The position numbers were made by a program, and so were the translations under genes. The notes beneath the pieces were generated by a model that was not told the DNA's origin, made no database searches, and saw only the letters and a program-made list of their open reading frames with translations. From Takakia lepidozioides (Eukaryota > Plantae > Bryophyta), in assembly GCA_030704615.1 (NCBI GenBank), contig CM060733.1, positions 34,906,001 through 34,970,000 of the forward strand: a stretch of DNA of 64,000 nt, in the 5' to 3' direction. Positions within the stretch are counted from its first letter, which is position 1, and every line of letters starts with the position of its first letter. Shown here in pieces: positions 56,807 through 64,000 of the stretch.

Positions 56807-58563
56807 TCATCGACCCCGGAGTTGATGTGCTTCACGCCAACAATTGCCAAGACACATGAATGCATCCTCGCATTGGGGACAGAAGTAGTGGGTACACAGC
56901 CAACAGCCGATGCACACACGACGAAGTGGGCTGTGCAAAGAGGAATGCTAGCGGGCAGGCTCTGTCGCCAACACGGATGCACGAACCGGACGCACAGGCA
57001 GCCTGCCAGGAGCTGTAAGGGCGCGTGCCAAGGCCAGCGAGAACTCCAGATGGGTCAGGGGATGCAACCCCCTCGCTCGCATGTGATAGACATGCAAGAT
57101 GTAAGAATTCACAATCATGGTGTCCACAAGGGAAAAAAACACTCTATGCCACCATTTATGAGTCTTCAGCTGCATGCTATATGCAGCTCGCATCTGGTCT
57201 TGTACATCTACACCACGCATGTAAGTTTGGTATTGAACATGCATTGGAACGGAAGGCACCTGCACCCTGGCATTCCCCACAAACCTTCGCACCGTCACAG
57301 GTGAATTCGGACCAGATGTTGGCCGAGATGCGGATGACACCATGAATACGCCTTTCTTATCCCACCACAAACAAGCAGCAACTTGTCGACTGCGGTGCAT
57401 ACGCCACCATGTGTCCCCTTGCTTGGCAGTCTTGGACTTGGACAAGCGTGTTAAGGAAGGGGGCAATCCCTTTCTATTGACCCTGATAGTGCCAGTGGCC
57501 CATGTCCCAAGCAAAGCCATGTCATACATCAACCTTGGTGATGTGAAGTAATTGTCAATCACCACCACATGGCCGAGTCCATGCAATGGAGACACTAGCC
57601 TCCAAACCACATCATATCCTTCACCTTTGCCAGACTTCTTCCTGATGCCCTCGGGGCCCCCATTCTTGCCACAGTAGACATCAAAATCATACACATAGCT
57701 ACTGATTGCGTCTGCAAGGGCCCACACTTTTGATGCCCCACTTGCATGGCTTTTTAGGCATATACTGCCGTATAGCACAATACTTACCCTTGTACCTTAT
57801 CATAATCTCGTCAACTGTCAGCAATTTGTACAGGTTCCAATGCCGTTTGCAGGCACTGGCAATGTCTTCACAGGCCCATCTCACTTTCCCAATTTTGTCA
57901 AACACGGGACTGCTAAAATTAGACACCAACATCGAGTTATCCACCAAATGCAAGCAACGTAAGATTGCTTCATAACAATTTCTTGTCATGACCTTCCTGA
58001 TGACAGGGCATGCAAAGAATACCTCACTCTGCTGCCAGTAGCAGCAGCTGTTTGGCAGCCTCTTTATCCCCATGAACAAAAACACACCAAGCCAGGCAAG
58101 TAGCTCTGGCACAACCAATGGCCTCCAAGAAGCACCACCTCGAGTTCCAGAGGTCACCCTCTCCGCCGCGTAACGATTGGTTTCTCGACAAATTCGCAGC
58201 AGGGTTGCTTGGGACCAAAACAACTTGAAAAACAATTCCACAGGGGGACAATTCCCAAAAATCCGCCGAAGCATGGGCCCAGGTGGGGGACCAATGAATT
58301 TTTCTCTATCGCTGCAGAAGGTAGTTTCTTTGCACTCCCAACTTGCAGGAGTGAACAAAGCTGCAAAAAGCCTCTTCACTCACCTCGTCAACCTCCTCGG
58401 CAGGCCCATCACTCTCCCAGTCCATTTCCTCACATGAATCCATTTCCTCATATCCCTCCATAGGCCCCATCTCCACATCCCCATTTCCACAATCCAACAA
58501 GTCTAAACCACTAGCATCCAAATTGGGCCCCGCATGGGAAGAGCCCTGCAAATTGAAAGACAA
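56807..58563 (-). mobile_element. piggyBac-superfamily transposase pseudogene
   Basis: ICRETNRYA, ELLAWLGVFLFMGI, and the DDD triad LTVDEIMIRYKG / VVIDNYFTS / MRGVDVQDQ. Also QYMPKKPCKWGIK and KWWHRVFF. C-terminal Cys-rich RRVCIGC...FCPQC...MCLGNCWREAH lies behind a stop at 56948-56950. Frameshift near 57730. Confidence 0.93.
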
Positions 58564-59260
58564 TGCATGCAGAGGAGACTTGTAGGGGTTAGCGGAGGCG
58601 CACAGTCACCCGCGGTGAATTGCATTTGTGCGCTACCGCCCACTGTGCACCCCGCATCACTCCTTCTTCTCACAATTCTTCTCCTCACAGGTGGTCGATG
58701 AGGAGGCGAATTCTCCTTGCCCGCAGGCCTTTCTTGCTTCTGGCACGCTGCATCCCTCATTTGTTTGACTGTCCTCATCTGGCCAGACATCCTCTCTGAG
58801 CACAACATTCACAACCTCACCAAAGCCCTCTTTGTCACCTTCCTCCCTTTTCTCTTTCCACCCCAAAATCAAAATAACATGCCTTATAAATGCAAAGCAA
58901 AAATTCACAAGACGAGGATGCTTCGGCCACCACTGTGCGCAAGGAGGCAGAGGCAAAGAAAGCAAGTACTCCTCACACATCAAACCCAAAATGTCCCTCA
59001 ATTGCCCCTTGGTACAATGATGCTCAATCAACGCCCACTGAGTGACCACCTCAACAGCCCTCTTATACTGCAGCAGAGGTGTTGGTTGCTCCAAGGCATC
59101 ACACACCTTGCGCTTGTGTCCCATAGCATCCTGCGCTCAGACCCTATAAACCCCCCTAAGTACGAGCAATGCAAATGAGGAGACACAGAATGCAGAAATG
59201 ACACCAACGGCCGCCAAGGCATAAAGCGTTGCAGCACCCTCAACGAATGCACTAAAGCTC

Positions 59261-59533
59261 ATTCAACAGAGGCGGCAGCCATATCCCAAGACACAAAGAA
59301 GCAACAAGCTAAGGGCACTTAGAATAAATGAGAGAGCCTGCGCACTGCCTCCCCCCCCAGCCTACAAATTCATGAATGCGCATCAGCGCCCTAAACGAAC
59401 GCACTGCAGGACATTCAATAGAGGCGGCAAAGCATATCAGAGAACATAGACAAGCAACAAGCTAAGGGGACTTAGCTTCAATGACAAAGCCTGCAGAATG
59501 CCTCCCCCTAGCCTGCGAATTCATGAATGCGCA
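59261..59533. repeat. Two diverged tandem units (~120 bp, period ~152 bp) upstream of the piggyBac transposase
   Basis: ATTCAA.AGAGGCGGCA...AAGCAACAAGCTAAGGG.ACTTAG...ATTCATGAATGCGCA at ~59261-59381 and ~59413-59533. Confidence 0.7.
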
Positions 59534-60006
59534 GACCCGCCACCCGCCTCTAACCCTCAGCAATTGTGGGTTGGGTACCCAGGCAGCCAGAAATCAACAA
59601 GGCCTTGCGCCAACGCAAAATGTTGTCGCACACAAACACAAGCCACAAAATGCATGCGGGATAGAGCTGGCGGGGAGCTGTGAAGGAGAAGGTCGAACTG
59701 CCAAAATGCGCGCGAAAGAGAGGGTCGGGCGGGGGGTGCACAAAGGGCCGGGCGGTGCCATCATGGCGGGCCCATGCCCGTGCATCTGTGTTGAATGCTG
59801 TTCCCACCTGCGTGCTCTGTCCCCGCCGTCCCCCCCCCCCCCCCTCCACCCAAAATCCTTCAATTCCCAAACTTCCAAAAATTCCCAACGGGGAGTTTTC
59901 TCTTGGAGGCTCTGTTGGGGCGCCATAAAGACCTGCGTGTGCAGCTCGTTCTGCGCTACATTTTTTGTTCAAGCCGCTTGTTCATCAGACTTCATCCGTG
60001 CATGCA

Positions 60007-60305
60007 AATCACTCATTAAAATAAGAGTCGACTTAGGGGCACCCCAAGCTATTGGGACTCCACCCCACAACATCCTACTCTCCCTCCATAAGTACACTCA
60101 GATGCTCAGCAATGAGGGAGTTCGGTCGTGCAGGCTCAACTCGAGAGAGATGAGCCGCATGACTGACGAGCTCGTGAAGATAAGATGGTTAAGGTGTCAA
60201 GCTAAACTTGACACCTAACTTAACACTTGAACTAATTCCAAGTGTTAAATACAAATAACTAGATTTATTCTAGTTAGTTTCACACTGTGTTTATTTAACT
60301 TGACA
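60007..60305 (-). repeat. Third (inverted, truncated) copy of the 44014-44368 repeat
   Basis: Matches ~47908-48207 and ends CTTGACA. Confidence 0.88.
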
Positions 60306-60879
60306 AGACATTTGTGGAGCCAGCTGGGCCTGACTGCATCATTCCTGGACAACCAAGACTAATCAGGCTACTTGGCTTATAGGTCAGCCTCTACCACCTC
60401 TGAATCTGTAATTACAGGAATCAACCTTAGCTCCGGTTAAGTACATTGGGGCCAATGGAGTGCTTGAAGTAGGAAAATGTGCTGCAAAATTTGGGTTCAT
60501 TTAGCTGTCAGAGCCACAAAATGACACATAGTATGGGCAAAGAATAATCACTAGGAGTGTTCTAGTAGCAAATTTATCTGTAAACTCAGATTGGTAATTC
60601 TTAGATTAGTGTGATGCTCATTTTCCAGATGCAGGATACAAGAGGAAATTGTATAGATTATTTCCATCATTGATATATTTAGGTTCTATCTTGGCAGATT
60701 TGAGAGATGCATATGTATTTGTGCAGTAACTTTTTCAGTGGAAACTGTACATGTGAGCAATACACAATGGTGTTTCTAGAAGAGGGTGCCAATCTCTTTT
60801 TGTCACTCCACCCGCTGCTTTGCACCCCTGCTCCTTGGCATCCTTTGTTTTCCAGCAAGAAGCAAAGCTGCATCCCAGC

Positions 60880-60920
60880 TTAACCCCTAAACGACGAGCC
60901 GACCCGATTCGGGTCGGCCC
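60880..60920 (+). mobile_element. Probable piggyBac-type left terminus (TTAA target plus CCC-start TIR)
   Basis: TTAA|CCCCTAAACGACGA followed by the palindrome GCCGACCCG-ATT-CGGGTCGGC, with an abrupt rise in CpG content. The matching right end is not in the window. Confidence 0.5.
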
Positions 60921-61791
60921 GATTTTTCACACTTGATCCCGATGGGCTCTCTAGCACCATAGGGATGCTCCGCCTTTGGTTACCAATTTTGAAAGCCCCG
61001 AGGCTGAGGCATAGGATTTTTTCGCCAACGGTTTTTGAGAAATGAATGTGCTGGTGGTGTGTGTTAATTAGGATGCGATGGTGAGGAAACATCGACCCGT
61101 CTCCCTCGTGGATGGGGTGGTAGTACCACATATCAATTGTGGCCCGAGAGCGACTATTTTTTGTGGCAAGGAGCCACCCATTGCACCTGATCCAATACAG
61201 GCTGCCGGGCATAATCGTAGAAGGGACTAGGGCCAAATTTCAGGTGATGCGGAGGATGTTGACACTCCGGGATCGAGTCGGGCATGCCGCGGGTTGCCCC
61301 CTCGCGGGCCACCCCGTCCAACCACGTCCACCTTTGACCCCCCCGACAGGATTGAGTGTTGGTGCACTAAGTATTGGGAACGGATACCGCAGGGCGGCAC
61401 CAGACCACCGAGGGGGTGACCGCATGTTGTCGAAAAACATTACAAGAAGAACAAGATTGCGGATGCGCCAAAGGCGAGTGTTTTTCCCACCCCTCTCATT
61501 AACATTCATTTAAGGTACATTTGGGTTTATCTAATAATATAGTATGATTGGTAAGCATACATGAATCAAAATTACGACATAAGTATTGATGCGTCATTCA
61601 CTACGCATATTGCAGCCACGATTTGATGCCCAAGCTCGCAATCACATTGCACAGGAGGCATTTCGCGTCGGTTTACTTGCAGAATTTGTGCCAGAGCATG
61701 TGCCCGATGTGACCAGTTGGTTCCCCCAGCAGCACGTAGATGAGATGCGTATGGTCGAGGGGTACCGTAGGTGTCATAGGCGTTATGGCCG

Positions 61792-62763
61792 GTGACGAAC
61801 AGGCCCCCCCTCCTCTCTCCAGTTTCCTCAAGCGGTCCCCTTGATGCCTCCCCCCCGTCTGTTTCTTTGCCTGATCCACCTCCGGTAGTACCTGATCCGG
61901 ATGTTGTACCCCCGGCTGCATCTCCGACATTACATCCTCAACCACCTCCACTTTCATCTCCTCTGCTAGCAGTACCACCTCCACCTCCACATGCATGTGC
62001 CCCCCAAACCCCTAGGAGGGGTCGGCTTCTTCCTAGGTTTCCTCCCCTTCGGCTTGGGCGGCCTGAGCCGGATCCTCGCCCCCGATGGGAAGCGCATAGG
62101 ACTATGATACTGAGGACCGTCCAGCCTCGTTGTTGGGGGAATCATCTCGACCCTCCCACCCCCATCCGAGAAAATGTGGAGTTTGAGTATTGGGGGAGAC
62201 GGTATGTTGTGAGAGCCGCTACACACCCTGCTATGGGTCGGGATTTATTCACGGTCAATGATATTGTGGTTCATCCTCGGAGAAACAACATGGTGGACTT
62301 GTTTCCCTACTCCGGTCCATACTACACCTCCGCGGAGTTCCGTACATTATGCCTCGAAGCCCCATACATCCTACCCTACATTTTGTGTATCAACGGACAG
62401 GATGTACGTAGACGGGGGTTGTCTCCCATTGAGATCAGATTTTGTGATGGTGACCCCGACATCTTCGGCAATGTTGCTGGGCTAGTCAATAGTTCTTTTG
62501 GTCATCCTAGGAGAACCAATGTAATATGGGACGAGCGAAGCGATGGGCATGAGAGCTTTTGTGGTCATACGTCAGTATACTGTGAGGGGATGTACATGTT
62601 TGTGATGACCTATGCTAGTAGGACTATTAGGGCTGGCAGCGAACTATTTGCATCATACGAGTTTTCTCGGGATGATTGGGACCTCCGATTACAGCGTGAG
62701 TGGGATGTGTATGATAAAAATAGGGTTCCTTTGAGACAGGGATCGCGTAGAGGGGCATTGTAG
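61792..62763 (+). CDS. Intronless SET-domain protein with proline-rich N-terminus
   Basis: MGRDLFTVNDI (GxGLF-like), FPYSGPY, DGDPDIFGNVAGLVNSS (GNxARFINHS-like) and YASRTIRAGSELFASY (ELxxxY pseudoknot) in a 323-codon open frame. The true start is uncertain. Confidence 0.72.
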   Translation: MTNRPPLLSPVSSSGPLDASPPSVSLPDPPPVVPDPDVVPPAASPTLHPQPPPLSSPLLAVPPPPPHACAPQTPRRGRLLPRFPPLRLGRPEPDPRPRWEAHRTMILRTVQPRCWGNHLDPPTPIRENVEFEYWGRRYVVRAATHPAMGRDLFTVNDIVVHPRRNNMVDLFPYSGPYYTSAEFRTLCLEAPYILPYILCINGQDVRRRGLSPIEIRFCDGDPDIFGNVAGLVNSSFGHPRRTNVIWDERSDGHESFCGHTSVYCEGMYMFVMTYASRTIRAGSELFASYEFSRDDWDLRLQREWDVYDKNRVPLRQGSRRGAL

Positions 62764-64000
62764 ATATTCTCATGATGTACTTTGTATACATCCGATTAAT
62801 CGATTCATGTAAAAAAAAATCCTTGTTGCTCGTGTGGGTTGCAACTTCGCATATGTGATCTAAACATACTTATGCACATGTGGACCAAATATGAGCTTGA
62901 ACCAAGTTGATTCAATGGGTCATTCTAGTGTTGAACGCAGCTACGTGTCATAGAGACGGAAAATTGCGTTTCGCCTACAGATGATTTTTTTTTTATTCCA
63001 TTTTCAAGCCATATGCTTAATGATAGCATATGCAATGTGTGTGCAAAATTTGGGAGTAAACAAAAGTCATTTGGACCCATAACCAGATTTTGTTCTCTCA
63101 TTTGCACTCCAAAATTGAATTATTTACAACTTCATGCACTCTTTATAGAGAGTTTTGCAAAGTGACCCTAGAAACACACTTATTTTTTTTCCATTTGTTT
63201 TTTGTCCAATTTTTTTGCATGGATGTAGTGAAGCAAAGCCTGATGTCACAGAACAAAATAGAGCTAAAAATAAAATCATTACGCCCCTCAAAACCGCAAT
63301 AATACATTTTCTAAATGCAAATATTTATTTTAAATTCATTTAAATTCGGATTTAATTCAAAATTGGTGCAAGGGTGAGTGCGTCGTTGGGGAGGCAAATG
63401 TTTTTTTTTTTCTGCTGGATCTTTGTACAGGTGTTGCACACATATTCAAGCACATGTAGGAAAAAATGAAGCTTGAGCCATATCCGTTTGTTGTCCCCCC
63501 CCCTATGACACCATCCGGCCAGTTTTGGGAGGACCGATGGAAGGAGGCCCATGCGGGCACGGACGGTGAAGTGGACGTGCCCGGCATGAAACGACTTTCA
63601 ATCTTCTACGAGTTGCTATATTGGGCGGTACATATTCCACAAAAACACCATCAATATCCCTATGCATGCATGTGATATTCACTACAACAGATCACGGTAT
63701 ATATGACTGTATATATTACTATCCCGTAGTCATAAACGGTATATATGACTGCAATGACTTTAAGTCGTGCAAACCAAGTGAATACAATGAGTACAGTATG
63801 GTCGGTCATGGATGACTGCAGTAAGATGAACCAAGTGATACATCTCACTGTCATGTGGTAGTCATATGTACTTCTACCATACATGACTTAGTGTGCTGCT
63901 GCAAACTGTACACGTGTCTCATTTTAATAAGTCCAGGAGGTTTTCGTGGATGTGCGCCATATGACGTCTCCAAAAATTGACACGTGGCATATTATGAGGA

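Overview
Eukaryotic land-plant genomic DNA with spliceosomal introns, TTTAGGG repeats and a PLS-DYW PPR remnant. The PPR style and the intron-containing, signal-peptide PPO suggest a seed-free plant such as a bryophyte (inference). The centre (10.6-38.9 kb) is an uninterrupted run of phenolic-metabolism enzyme genes from five unrelated families: polyphenol oxidase, BAHD acyltransferase (one frameshift), aldo-keto reductase, tyrosine aminotransferase, a second decayed PPO, and a COMT-type O-methyltransferase. This is a candidate tyrosine-derived biosynthetic gene cluster. The flanks are transposon and pseudogene debris: a CACTA end, Ty3/gypsy fragments, a tRNA-derived SINE, a piggyBac transposase, and RPAP2 and LysM-RLK fragments. 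The most unusual element is a minus-strand Ty3/gypsy retrotransposon (about 48.2-54.8 kb). It carries a complete, non-permuted Dnmt3-like C5 cytosine methyltransferase between protease and RNase H, and a PHD finger at the integrase C-terminus. An intronless SET-domain ORF lies just inside a probable piggyBac terminus at the right end. All exon boundaries and family calls were read by eye, without database searches.
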